From the NCBI GenBank assembly GCA_028023455.1, contig JAQFVV010000010.1, forward strand, positions 14,756,001 through 14,820,000: a DNA stretch of 64,000 nt. Reading direction: 5' to 3'. The notes beneath the pieces were generated by a model. It was given only the letters and a program-made list of their open reading frames with translations. It did no database searches and was not told where the DNA came from. A program made the position numbers and the translations under genes. This stretch comes from Epiperipatus broadwayi (taxonomy: Eukaryota > Animalia > Onychophora). Shown here piece by piece: positions 51,057 through 64,000 of the stretch; the first letter of the stretch is position 1; every line of letters starts with the position of its first letter.

Positions 51057-53119
51057 GTAGTAAGTTAGTTGTGCTTTTTTTAAAAGGTGTAATCTTTGGT
51101 ATGATTTTTTTTTTCAGTATGTTTTTTTGATTGATTCAAAATCCTGAGCCTTTTCTATAAATCTTTGTTCATCCAATGTTGAAAACTTGATAAAGAACAT
51201 TAATTAAAAAATAATAAATAGAATATACCATTTTCTAACAATACTTTGATTATAATTTGTTTTCTTTTTAATTAAATAATCAAATTAATAAAAAATATCT
51301 TAGTTTCATCTTCTTGATTCAAGATTATTTATATCCATGACACTTGTAAACTGTAAAACTAAGCACACCTTCTGTAAAAATATCTGTAGAAAGTCTGTAT
51401 AATAAGTAAAAGACTTATTTGTCTCTGTAAAATGAACATAGAATCTTATCATTTTAACAAACTATTATTTCAAATAATTTTGATTGAGTGGCTTTGTTAT
51501 ATTAACTCTTGGAAATTCTCTAATATTATAAATCTCTTTCTCTCTACATCTCCAGCATGAATATTTTTATTGAAAAAAAGGTTGCTATTTTATGTTTTAT
51601 CAATGTTTTTTTCATTTTTTGAAGATGTGTGCTCACATAAGTTTCATAATATGCAAATGTAAAAGACTACATGCTTGATGTTTTGGAAAAAGTCGAAAGC
51701 AAATATAAATCGAGTATTATTTTTTAAAAATAGGAAGAAAGAATAAATGATTTTGAGTTAACATAGCATCTGAAAAAGAACAAGAGAGCAATTCATAACA
51801 TTAAAAATGTCATCCATTTTGTTAAAATGTTTTTCAAGTTAAAGAGGGTAAAACTGAAGATGGTGATTGCCTTTTTGAACTTTTATTTTTGAAAAAGCTG
51901 GAGGCAAATGTTGTTATATATTTCATAACCATTATAGGTGGGAACATCTGCTAACTTTATATAGGAAAGACAAATTGTAGTAGTTCAGGATTTTGTCATC
52001 AATTTCATTATGAAAAAGATTATTGAAGTCAAATGGATATTTTTTTACATCCTTTACATTGAGATTTATATTAAATATAAAGCATTTTTCAGATTTTTCT
52101 TCACTATATAAAGTCAAAAAATAATAAATTCGGTATATAGATTTTCTTCATTTTCTTATATTCATTAATTTCATAATCAATATGGGTATTTACACCTATC
52201 TGCTTTATGAAGGGAACATTGTAATAATTTTGCCTTATATCCGTAGCTTTACTATGAAAAAATATTTGCTTTAAAAAAAGATTTTTTTTTTTTAAATGTT
52301 TACTTTCATTTTATTCATATATATATTTCCTTTTGTGGATCTATAAATTACACATTTTTCAATCATTTTTGTCATTGGAGAAGAATTCTTGAGGGTGCAA
52401 TCAATGAAAAGAATACTCATATAAGCATTACTAGAAGTAGAGACAAAAAATTACTAATTAGTAATAGTTTATTTAAGTTTTGGTTTTAAGTTTAAAAATA
52501 ATTGATAATTTTATTCCTTTGGTTTATATCTCATTTATATGTGTATCTTTATATACTAGTACTGAATGGGGATGGCAGGTGTGCTTCATTTTTTAAAAAT
52601 ATATTCATTGATTTCATAACTATTGCTGGCATTACATTTACAATTGCTTTTTTTTTTGGGTTTATTCATTAAAACATTAGCGCCCATCTCACCAACTCAC
52701 TAACTTTCTAACTAATAACACCTATTTACTGACTAATATTGGATGTTTGCCTTGATTAAAGGATGGATACCTGTAATTAAAGCATGCCAGTGACCTGAAA
52801 AAATTTTCAAGGTTCATCCATATGGATTTGAACATCAATCAGATTATAAGATCACAGATGGCGGCACTAACTTCTAGATCGTAAAAAGTTTTATGATTAT
52901 AACACAGATATGTTAGCAAACTTGTAGAGTTTAAGGAAACAAAATATTTACCTGAATAATAAAGGGATAAATACAAGTTATTCAATCATAATAAATATTT
53001 AGGATGTATCAGATATTAAGCAAAGAATGTTTTAATGTGTACTGCATACTTTAATATATATATTGCTTATAATAACTTCTCTCATTTACACTGTACCTTT
53101 ATACCTTAAAACAAAAAAA

Positions 53120-53575
53120 CCGATAACTTTTCAATATTTCTGAACATAAACAGACTGCCATGTGTTCGAACCAGGCAACCCCAGGATTGTATGCCCTGAA
53201 ACCAACGACTGTAAAAGAAAGATCAAAGAGGCGTACTTTATTGTTTGCGACAACAATTCTATCAATAGACGCGACACGTGTTTTTCCATTTCAAAAAAAT
53301 GGTCAAACTGATTTGCATTTACATTTGCATATTTGTTATTTAATAACACTACGTAAAGATTTATTACTTTCGTCGGCCATGAATATGAGGGTAAACCTCG
53401 AACCTCCCATTTAATAGTTTTATGCGAAATTTGTTTTGTTTATTTGGAAGCTTCTTCGTCAGCGAGTAAATCGTTTTTAGGCTATTACTTTAATGTAAAA
53501 AAAATTTTTAATAAAATCTTTTTTTTTCTTGACAATTTCAACTGTCCAGCAGTCTTTATCAGAGCTTCTCGCATT
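53120..53575. promoter_or_regulatory. CpG-rich island (possible promoter/first exon or young insertion)
   Basis: About 17 CpGs in ~460 bp versus very few elsewhere; two ATTTGCAT octamers near 53311-53330; GGCCATGAATATGAGG|GTAAAC could be a start codon plus donor. Confidence 0.4.
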
Positions 53576-54639
53576 TCCTCTATCTTTTTTTTAAAAAGTA
53601 GAGGAAATTTGAGCTTCATGTACTTTGGTTAAATACTAATATATTATTGTAACTACTTATTTATTTAATCTTGAGTACATAACATTTAAAATAAAATTGA
53701 AGATAAAATATGTTTAAGAAAATATTTGTAAATTAATGAGCTTAGGTGAGCACCATGGTTTATTTGGAGTTTTAATTTTTTTTTTTTTTTAGGGGAGAAA
53801 AAATTATTGTGAAGAAATAGTTGGTGGAGAGGGGCTAATGAGCATTTTAAAAATTATTTGATAAAAACTAATAATTATTATTTGCAGTTAATATTTAGTA
53901 AATTTCCAAACACAGTGTATGAGTGCTTTTAAGATTGGGGGGGGGGGGGTGAAGGGGGATAAGGCATATATTCTTGAATTACTCTTAATTTAGTAGAATC
54001 ATTCTTGCAGGAAAATTTGAGAACAAAGAATGCCAGATTAACTATATTTAATCTATAAAGTCTTTTATTTTATCCCCCCATCCCCATACAATTTATGAAA
54101 TTGTCTTGTACCCACTAGTTAAATTAGATAAACATATATTAAAGGAATAGAAAAATAAAATTATTTGTGCAAACTCTTTATCATGATTTTATTAAGTTTA
54201 AATATTTATCTTTATTAAATAAAATTTTTATAATACTTAACAGATTTTTTATTATTATTATTATTATTATTATTGTGTTCATTCTTAACCTTTATTTGCT
54301 TATGTTTTTTTTTTTAAGTTATAAAAGATACACAATTTTTTCAAGCTTTTCATTTTCATTTTAAAATTTGAATATTGTTGACCTGCTTAAAACAAAATGT
54401 TACATTACTCATGCAAATACTTTCTTGCTTTTCTTAATTGTAATTATTTTATCAAGGTCTATAATTTCATATGTAAACAATTTTTTTTTTAATTTTTTCT
54501 AGTTTTTACTAGAAATATATATGGTTAAATAAATAAAGCTTAATTTTTATAACCACATAGTAATACTGTGATAGATATATGTATGTATTCAATTATTGCA
54601 AAAAGAAGAAAAAATGATACTATTATAAATAAAATAAAA

Positions 54640-55705
54640 AAAAAAGATAACGTCATGAAATGTGTGGAAGAATTAAAAAACAAGAAAACAAAGTATCCCC
54701 TGCAGTTGCTATGCTTTCTGAATTGCCCAATATTTTAAGTGAACATATAATTAAATTATGGAAAAGGGTGAAGTTCCCAAAGAAGTGATGAAGAAATAGA
54801 AAAATTATTGACAAAATTATATACCAAATGTCTAAATAATAAAGATTTACCAAGTGATTGGAAAAGAAGTAATTTTGATATTTAAAAAAAAAATGAAGAA
54901 GATATTAGAAATTACAGACTTATCTGTCTTTTATCAGCTCTATAAAATTTTGACCAAGAAAATTACAATTCTCTTATAGTCAATTGGATTTTAACAACCC
55001 ATAGAATAAGCAGGATGTAAAAGTGATTACCAAATATTGAGAGAAGTTGTAGAAGGACTAATTAATATGAGTTGCTATTATGTTTTGGGTTTAAGGATTT
55101 ATTTCTTTAATAATTTAGGTTTTGGATTATCAAGATGTAGGTCCAGAATACTGTCATATTCTGATAAATATTTATATAAATACTACAGGCACTGTCAAAT
55201 TATGTAATTATACTAATAAGATCAACATTGTCAAGGATGTGCGACAAGGTAACTTCATATCTCTAAAACTTTTTATAGCAGTTTTGCAAGAAGTATTCTG
55301 TGGATTAAAATGGGAAGCTAAAGGATTAAAAGAAAATAGAGATTACTTAAGTCATCTAGAGTATTTACATTATACTTGTACTCAAATATTACAGATGAAA
55401 GGAATTAAAAATTAAATACATGAATGAGAGAACAAAGTATTACTGATACCATTAAAGGAATTAAGAGATTGAAGTGGAGCTCAGCTGAACATATTCTAGA
55501 AGAGATAATAATAAATGGATAGTTGAAATTTTAAAGGGGATCCAAAAAAAGTATAAAAACCCTAGAAAGAGACTACATGTGAGATAGATAGATGAAATAA
55601 GGGTGTTTGTTAGTGTGATGTGAAGAAAAGAAGCTAGAAATGGGAGAAACTTGGAAAGACCTTCATCCTGCAGTAGATTGATAGTAGTTGAAAATGATGA
55701 AATTA
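54640..55705 (+). mobile_element. Decayed RTE LINE (RT to 3' end, internal deletions)
   Basis: VRQGNFISLKLFIAVL (~VRQGDTISPKLFTAAL) in ORF 55122-55415; 3' end ACCTTCATCCTGCAGTAGATTGATAG. Confidence 0.8.
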
Positions 55706-56109
55706 AATGATAATACAATTACTAAAAATAAATTGTATATATTTAGTAAAAATAACTTTATATTCAGTTTACTCTTTTAAAAGAAGTTTGAGCATTAAAG
55801 TAAAAGGCTGGGCACTGCAGTTTTATTCAGTTAACCAAATTAATATATATACTTCTCTCAACTAGAAATCAATCTAGGAACTTTTTAAAAGTTTTTCACT
55901 TTCATTACTATGCAAAATAGTTTAGGGTATATGTTTAATAATTTAAATTTCATACCATTGTTTCCCCTCACTCCTACAATTCACACAAACTAAACAAAAA
56001 AAAACAAACTTCTATGTCATTCAGTGCATATTAAACTCTTATTTCAATTTTTGACATGTACAAAATATCAATTTCTAGAAATTTTAATTTCTATAAGAAA
56101 CTACTTTTC

Positions 56110-58850
56110 TTCATTATCACCATCATCAACCATTATCACTCCAATGCAGGATGAAGGTCTCAACAAGTTCAATCCATCTCCAATCTTTAGCCTCTCTTCT
56201 CCACATCACTCCTGTATATTTTATTATTTCAGCCATCCTTCTGGGTCTTATAATCTCTTAGAATCCTGTTTAAGATTTCAATTGTCCATCTATTATCATT
56301 TCTCCTAGCAATATGTTCAGCCCACCTCCATTTCAGTCTTGATTTTCAATGATGTCAGTAACACTTGTTTGTTCTCTTACCCATGTATTGCGTTTTTTCT
56401 ATCTCTTCTTGTTACTCCTAACATGCATCTCACCGTACTTCTTTGAGTGATCTAAAGTCTCTGTATTACTCTTCTATTAAGTGTCCAAGTCTCAGATCCA
56501 TAAGTAAGAACTTGTAAAATACATTACTTAAATCTTTTTCAAACACATCAGCATATTTTCTTTTAATACTAAGTTATTTCTATCAAACCCTAATTTAATT
56601 CTATGATTAATTGCATCCATTATGTTTCCATCTGTAGTAATAATCTGACTAAGGTATTTGTAGTTGTTAACTTCTTCTAACTCATTATAATCAATCTTTA
56701 TTTTATCTTCTGAGAAAATCCATTGAACCTTATTTTAGTCTTTTTAACATTTCCTGAAGCTCTGAAGCATTATTTGCAAAAACAACTACATTATTTAAAT
56801 GATTTAAATAATCTCTATTTACTTACTTTCCTCCTTTAGCTTCCCATTTTAATGCACAAAATACTTTTTGCAGCATTGCTGTAAAAAGTTTTGGAGATGT
56901 GGCATCACCTTATCTTATACTCTTCTCAATGTTAACTTTCCTAGTATCATTATGTAATCTAATTGTTGCTGTTGAATTTTTATAAACATTCTTCAGAATA
57001 TGACAGTATCCTGGGTCTATAACTTGATGATCCAATGCTTTAATCACTGAAGAAATGCTTATAGAATCAAATGCTTTTCATAATCTACAAATTCAAAGCA
57101 CAATTTATTGGTCCTTTCTATAACTTCTCTCAATACTTGGATATAACTTTTGAATCCAGCTTGTTCTTTTGGTTGGTTGAAATCCAATGTTTTATGTAGA
57201 CAGTAATTTTCTTGGTAAAAATTTTGTATAAAACTGATAAAAAATTGATAGGTTTATAATTTCTAATATCTCCTTTTTTAAATATTAATATTAATACTGC
57301 ATTCTTCCAATCATCTGATACATTTTTATCATTTAGATATTTGGTATATAACTTTGCCAAAAAAAATTTTATTTCTTCACCTGCTTCTTTTAATATATCG
57401 ATTATTATTTCAGCATTACCTGGAACTTTTCCCCTTATCATAAATTTAATTGCATGTCTTACTTCTTCGTTTAAAATCCTGGGCAATTCTGAAGATATAA
57501 TAGATCTAGGAGGTACTTGTTTTTCATTACTATATAATTCTTGATAGAACTCTTTTCTTATTTCATGATGTCATCTCTCATTTTATTAATAGTCCATCTT
57601 TTTTTTTTCATTGCAGACATGTTTTCTACCAATACCAAAATGTTGTTTTACACTCTTGAGACTTTTATTCTTTTCTATAGCTTTCCTTGCTAGTTCACAC
57701 TTATAGTTTCTTATATCATTATCAACTCTTTGCACCATTTTATAAAATGCTAGATATCCAATCCTTCTTAATGCATCATCATTTTTATATATCTTCATAT
57801 TCTTTCTTTTTTTCATAAATTCTCTAGTCTCAATAGATTGTTGCTTTTTCTACCAGCTATCTTTGTTGCAGTTTTTAAAAGTGTATCAGTTATTTTCCTA
57901 TTAATTTCATTCAAATCTGAATCATGTTCAAAATCTACTAATATTTGAAAATGGTTTGCAAGTTCTAATTTAAATTCATTAGAATGTTTCTGAAGATTAG
58001 GAATATCAATTGTAAATATTGTTTTTCTTAATAATTTTCATCTCTAGTTTTGCATTAACATGGATCTTACATTTTACTAATCGATGATCCCTTCTTGTAT
58101 TGAATTTATTAAGGACATCACCATTTCTGCAAATCTGATGTACCTTCATTTGGATGCTTTCATGTTCATTTCCTTTTAATATTTTCCTCAAAAAAGAATT
58201 CATAATATAAAGTTGTTTTTTTTGTTTTGCAAACTCCACAAGTCTATGTCCTTTCTCATTTCTATTACCATAATCAAATTTACCTATAGCACTTTCATCT
58301 TTCATTTGTTTACCAATTCTAGCATTAAAGTCTCTCATAACAATTTTAAAATGTTGTTTGGTCATCAAAAGTCTTTTGTACATCCTTCTAAAAATTTCTC
58401 TACTACTTCCTCATTATAAGGTCTTGTTGGAGTATAAACCTGAATTATCTGCATTTGGTAACTGCTTATTAAGTTGAGTAACTAATCTTGTCACTCTGTC
58501 TGATACACTATTAATCTCCAAAATGTTGTTCTTTTACTTTTTATTTATAATGAATCCCATTCCACTTGTATTTCCAATATTTGTGCCTTTATAGTAGAGT
58601 ACATGTTCACTTTTTAAATCAGTTGTCTCTTCACCTTTTCAATAATGTTCCATTTAATATAAGACATTCTTCCAATTTTTGCAATCTTCTTTCACTTGAA
58701 AGTAGTCTGCAGTTGTAAATACGTAAATAAATAGTTAATATCAAATAGCAGCCTTGGTTCACAATCAGAGGATTCTTAGCTGTCTGCCTTTGGTCACCAA
58801 CTGCTGCCTTAGCTGGTCACTTTATAGCCTCCTGCTAGTAAGAGCCATGA
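56110..58850 (-). mobile_element. Near full-length decayed RTE-clade LINE (5'UTR, APE, RT, (GAT)n tail)
   Basis: APE: FKIVMRDFNARIGK...GNRNEKGHRLVEFA (ORF 58006-58383). RT: PRILNEEVRHAIK...GKVPG...WKNAVLILIFKKGD..NYKPINFLSVLYKIFTK (ORF 57130-57486), FVDYEKAF, VLTYGS. 3' GACCTTCATCCTGCATTGGAG then GAT repeats. Confidence 0.92.
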
Positions 58851-61239
58851 TTTATTTTTGTCTTATGATTGTATACATGTATTAGAAAAAAAAAATTCAT
58901 TCACACACACATTTATTCTGCCTTATCACTAAACTGAGAGGAAATACCATGCTATTTCTTGATTTTAAACTCGGAGGTAAAAAGCATTAAACTCGACCAT
59001 GCTGGATAATGTATGTTGGTGAGCAGCCCATCCATGTTTGTAGACTTATGTGAATATTCACATAGTAATAACAATTGTAATAAGAAGAACATATAGAGTG
59101 GACATTAGGAATTTACCCTGCTCAGTTCCTTTAAGATCTCCAAGAGGAAGCAAAGAGTCTCCTTTCAGTTAATAGCAAACTCCTTCCTGCAGCCATTTTT
59201 TTTTTTACTTATTACTATAATAGAATAAGAACAGTACTGCCCTTGTGTAAATATTCACAATTACAGAAATGTATATGTGTAGTCATAGCCATTTTTGTTC
59301 ATATCATTGCTTATCAATGTTTTAAAATTTCTAACATATTTATAGATATCTAATATTTTGTTGGCATTCTAGCAAATTCAACAGATTATATTTCATAAAA
59401 AAATTTATTTTTAAGGCATTTCACATGATATGTCAATACAGTGCCTACTTACCATGTCATTGACAATCTTTTCATTTTGTTTCATACATTCAGCTTTATA
59501 AGAATAATGCATATTTTTATATTTTTACATACATGATATATCTAATAAGAAGTATAAGTCAAATTATTGCAGTGTGTAACTCCAGACATCATTAACCATG
59601 TATTTGTTATCTGGATAAAGTATATACATTAATGATGGATACATTAAGCAATTTCTGTATTTAAAGCCTGTGTTTTATCTTTAAACATTTTTTTTCTTAT
59701 GTTGTGGTCGTGTAGATCCTATTCTTTTATAATCCAAAATCTTTTTTTTAAATACATATTAAAACCAAGAATGTCATTTCAAAATTTTCTGTCCTAAATT
59801 TTTTTAAACTATGATCTATTGATAAAAATAATGATTATTATGAACTATAAATATCAATCAATCAAATCCTGCACTTTTTGAAATGCATTTAGACCCTTAT
59901 TTCAAGTTTTTTTTTAGATTTGTGAATTTTTCACATTTCAACAATCCCACACCCTCTTTCCTCATAATCTTCAATTCTGCTGAAAATTTAATCAAATGTT
60001 AATTTTCTATTAATAGTTTCTATTATTTATATAGGGCACATAAGTATGTAATATTATAATTTATATCTTGGGCACCCAATAGATTGAAGCTCTAATTTAA
60101 GCATGGTGAAGAAAGACTGATTTATATAGAAAATAAATTCTAAGCATATACTTATGCTTTCAAGATTGATCCTCATGGGAAAGTGCACAGAGATTATTAA
60201 AGCACATGCTCAGAGGAATTATTCCTTATTTATAATATTAATAGTTACATATATACATTATATGAATATTTTTGTATACTGTATAAATTTATTAATAATA
60301 TAATACTATTTTTATAGCAGCCTAATTTTTTTTTGTATAAAAGTAAATCAAAACAATAATCTCTAATTTTTTCCAGATAATGTTTTTAAATTAGAAGTGT
60401 TGGATTAATGATCAAATATGTTATATTGCTTCATGACTCTATACATTTGTCTTAATTCGTTTATCAGTTTATAATAGTTTATAGTTAATTGGTTTTAGAA
60501 ATCTTTTGCTTAAATTTACATAGTGCATTTTAAATATTTGTATGAAAAATTAAATATTGGAATCTAATAAAGACTAAGTGCTTATTTATAAATGAATGTT
60601 GTTTCATAAATAATGTTTTAAATGAATCTATAAAATATATACACTCATCTAAGTTTTAGTTGTTGAGAACTTTGTGGGTTTTTTTAATTGGTTATTTTTA
60701 TTATAGTTTTCAGGAATAAAAATAAATAAAACTCATTTACCAGCCTGTTATTAGATGGCTAATTGGATTGACTATTATCTATCTGCGTGAGAAAAATCCT
60801 AATCTTACTTGTAAAGGTTTTTAATCATGTGTATTTAAGTCCAGATCTTGGACCTAGCAAATGGATGAAGTAAACATTTCACTAGAAGCATTTTTAAAAT
60901 GTTGGTTATATTTTGCATTGTTATTGTGCTCACAACCAGTATTTGTTTTTCTATGCATAATCACATCAAGCATATCTACAATATATAATCTTTTTATAAA
61001 CGAAACTACAAAGATATGGATGGTTTTAATGGGAATTAAATCTTTGCTTTGAACTATTTTCTATCCAAGTAGATTAATTTTTTGCTTCTAGTTACCTATT
61101 AATCATAAAATTTAAGATGATATTCTGGCAGCTAATGTGAATTCATTCTAATGATAATTAATCTTAATTATTTAATCTTTAGCTAACATCTTTTATTTAC
61201 TTATTCAAGATCATTATTATAAGCTACTTTTAGAGGGGG

Positions 61240-61505
61240 GGTGTGTGACAAATTGAATATTGATGGACTTTTTAAAGATTGTGTGACAGTGAATTATTTG
61301 TATTAATTTGTACAGTTAATAACTGAAATTGGTTATCTTTTTTGTAAACTAATCATGGAACACTCACAACCTACTATAAAACAGGTTTTTTCCAAAACAA
61401 TGATTAAAATCCAGAAGAGAGACCAACTCCTGGCATCGTCAAAAACATTTGAGGACACTTGGACATTATACAATATGCCAAATTAACAACAAGGCAAAAA
61501 AAAAA
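61240..61505 (+). mobile_element. L1/Tx1-type LINE 3' fragment
   Basis: DGLFKDC...VFSKTMIKIQKRDQLLASSKTFEDTWTL aligns to HIFNDC...IFLQKLKDIKERDLKLAPHLIANSTWNL; followed by an A-tract. Confidence 0.65.
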
Positions 61506-64000
61506 GGGGGGGGCTAACAATCAGACAACAAATATGTGAAAGATTTAATGTTCACACCATATTGCACAACATAGACTCATCAGAACCCAAATGGAAATAA
61601 CAAGATAATTAGAACAACAATGTAAACCTCAATTGTATGGCTACACATCACTGTATACATTAGAAATAATAAATTATTATTGAAACTAAAAGGATTTTAT
61701 CTTTGTTTATATTATAAAGATTTTCTTGTTTTTAATTTCCTTTCTGAATTTAACTTTTTAATATTTTCAATCTTTTTTTTTAAGGTTGATATATTCATTT
61801 TTTTTTTTTGTTAAATATGTTTCATAGGTTTAATTTGTCATCTATTAATTGAAATGAAATTACCACAAATGATCCTTAAATATACTTGTTTCTATTTTTG
61901 CTCAATATTTTATGCTTATTGCAACCAAACATTTTCAGTGTATCATCTGTTACTACTACTATACTTTTACTTCTTTTGAAAATAACGTTGAGGTTCCATC
62001 CTAGTGGACTAGTTATTCTAATACATAATGAGCTCCACTGAATATATCTTCATTCAGTACATATTAATCTGATCATGATTGAGTAATTTATAACAAATAA
62101 TTATCACTTGTTTCTTTGGCTTCCTGAGTTTATACTAATACAACCCAAGTATTTCCTCTAAAATATATGCACAGTGCCAATGATATAGTAATGATAGAAG
62201 TTAGAAATGAGTTAAAGATTTGTATTTTATTGTACACCATTAACTTTTATTAAACAGTAATTAGAAAGGTATTATGTGCAATACTATGTATAATTTTTAA
62301 ACAAAGAAAATACATTGTATTTTTAACAAAAATCACACTAGAATAAATTATAAAATTAAACATTTATAAAATGACAAATTGCTATTTTTATTGAAAGAAT
62401 AAAATGAATATAAATTTCCCCCCCCCCCCCCAGCATTTAGCTGACTAAAAAAAAACCTGGAGAGCAGATTTTTAAACATGTTTATAAATAGTTTTTTAAT
62501 AAGATTTTTTATGACGTAACATAATTTAGATTGTCAATTTTAATGACTGATATATATATTGTACATATGCCATATTTAAATAAATATTATGATTGTCATG
62601 CTATAGTTTCAATTAAACATTATTTACATCATTCAATTTATCTTGAATCATTTTTGCATGCTGTATTTTCAGAAGCTAAATTAAATGCTTTGGAGAAAAA
62701 TAGTTGCAAATTAGCATTAGAACTTAATGATATTAACATTTCTAATGGCTATAAATAATTTCTTGCTAGGCAGGATTTTTTTTTTTACCAACCTTTTTTA
62801 GAGGAACAAATTAAAGAAATCAACATTATTCACTAGCCTAGTTAATAATAATAATCCTCTAGCCTAGTTAATAATAATAAATTGTCAAATAACTGTTATG
62901 ATTGGCTATGTTGGATAGGAAATAATTACCACAAAACATTCTAAGTATATTAAAATCTTCAACTATCTGAAAAGATTTACAAATTCCATGCAGATTAGAA
63001 TCTCAACTTGTAGACATGACATGTGGAATTGCTAATGTACCATGAAATTCTTTCTGTAATAATCTAGATGACTCCAAATATTGAAGTACAAGAATAAATT
63101 ACATTTAGGATATTAGAAGCATTAATGGGAAACTATTATTAATCTTAGAGAAATATTAATGCTTAGTTGTGATAATATTATCGCCTAATTATCTTTACCT
63201 ATTTTCAGGTGAACTTATCAAAAACTACTTTAAAATGGATGGAGTCCAGTTGTAGGAAAAGTGATAAAACAAATAAACAATTTTAGAAGAAACAAGTTTA
63301 TCAATTCTTAAATCCAACTCAGCTAGGTCTCTTATTAGGAAAAGAAATTTTTTAGGTGATTTTATTAAAAATAATTGAAGTTTTTTTTTAAAAAAAAAAA
63401 ACAACAACATAAAATGAATTATCTGTTTTTGTTTTAATTTTTTAAAACCATTTATAGTTCAAGTTATTTTTAAAATGGAAAACATTTATTGTAGGAACAG
63501 TGGAACAAAATTTAAAATTGAAGATTTTTAAAATTATTTTTTCAAGATGTTATTAAAAAGATTTTTTGTATTAATAAAATAACTTCATTATTTTGCAATA
63601 TATATCTAAGTAGGATATGCAAAAATCTTTTATTAAGGAGATGGCAAGAAAAAACAGACCACTAGAAAGGTTTTTTGTTCCTTGTTTATAATAGTATTTT
63701 ATTGATTTAATTTTACAAATATTTTTAATATTAATAATAAAAATAATTACTTCTTTTATTTACATTACATGTTACAAATTGTTAAAAAGTACAGGATATT
63801 TAAAGTTGTACAGTAACATGAAATAGTTAAATGATTTATTGCATGGCGGTTGTGATAATTACAACCCCCGATTTATGAATCTTGAATTCCAAGGTTCATC
63901 AATCTATCCTTATATTAAACCACACAGATCAAAGATATAGTTAATTTATACCATTAATGTTTGATAATTTTATATTTTATTAAATATAATGCATCTTATT

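Noticed and set aside
51932-52251. Apparent long minus-strand exon after a TTTTCATAG acceptor
   Set aside because: On recount the upstream and downstream frames are out of phase and each hits a stop; no recognisable motif.
53460-53640. Protein-like minus-strand frame (KIEEMREALIKTAGQLKL)
   Set aside because: Interrupted by in-frame stops on both sides; no family recognised.
63210-63330. Strong acceptor TTTTCAG|GTGAAC as a coding exon
   Set aside because: All frames stop within ~26 codons and there is no convincing donor or homology.
1-64000. CRISPR arrays, rRNA, snRNA or prokaryotic operons
   Set aside because: No regularly spaced repeat-spacer array or recognisable rRNA/snRNA sequence; composition and TE content are eukaryotic.

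Overview
Very AT-rich (roughly 75% by eye), CpG-depleted eukaryotic DNA, probably an invertebrate intron or intergenic region. No host protein-coding gene can be supported; the supplied ORFs are either chance frames or transposon remnants. The window is a mosaic of mobile DNA. (1) Four unrelated repeat families carry minimal type I hammerhead-ribozyme (HHR) motifs: family A is a Penelope-like (PLE) 3' end with a GIY-YIG endonuclease; family B is a non-coding element with 5 insertions; family C is a non-coding ~470-nt unit, tandem at one locus and inverted at another; family D is a ~1.5-kb foldback. Most insertions are head-to-head inversions with 3' ends facing outward, and the family A, family B and inverted family C insertions are bounded by 10-15 bp target-site duplications (TSDs). 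(2) An ultra-short (~70-100 nt) tRNA-Gly(TCC)-derived SINE is present in 8 copies that form a structural series. (3) There are decayed RTE LINEs (one nearly full length), three L1/Tx1-type 3' ends, a decayed hAT transposase and probable PLE reverse-transcriptase remnants. (4) A CpG-rich island lies near 53.1-53.6 kb. The strongest candidate for an undescribed system is the set of non-autonomous ribozyme-bearing retroelements (B and C). All coordinates and alignments were made by eye; ends of old elements are approximate.
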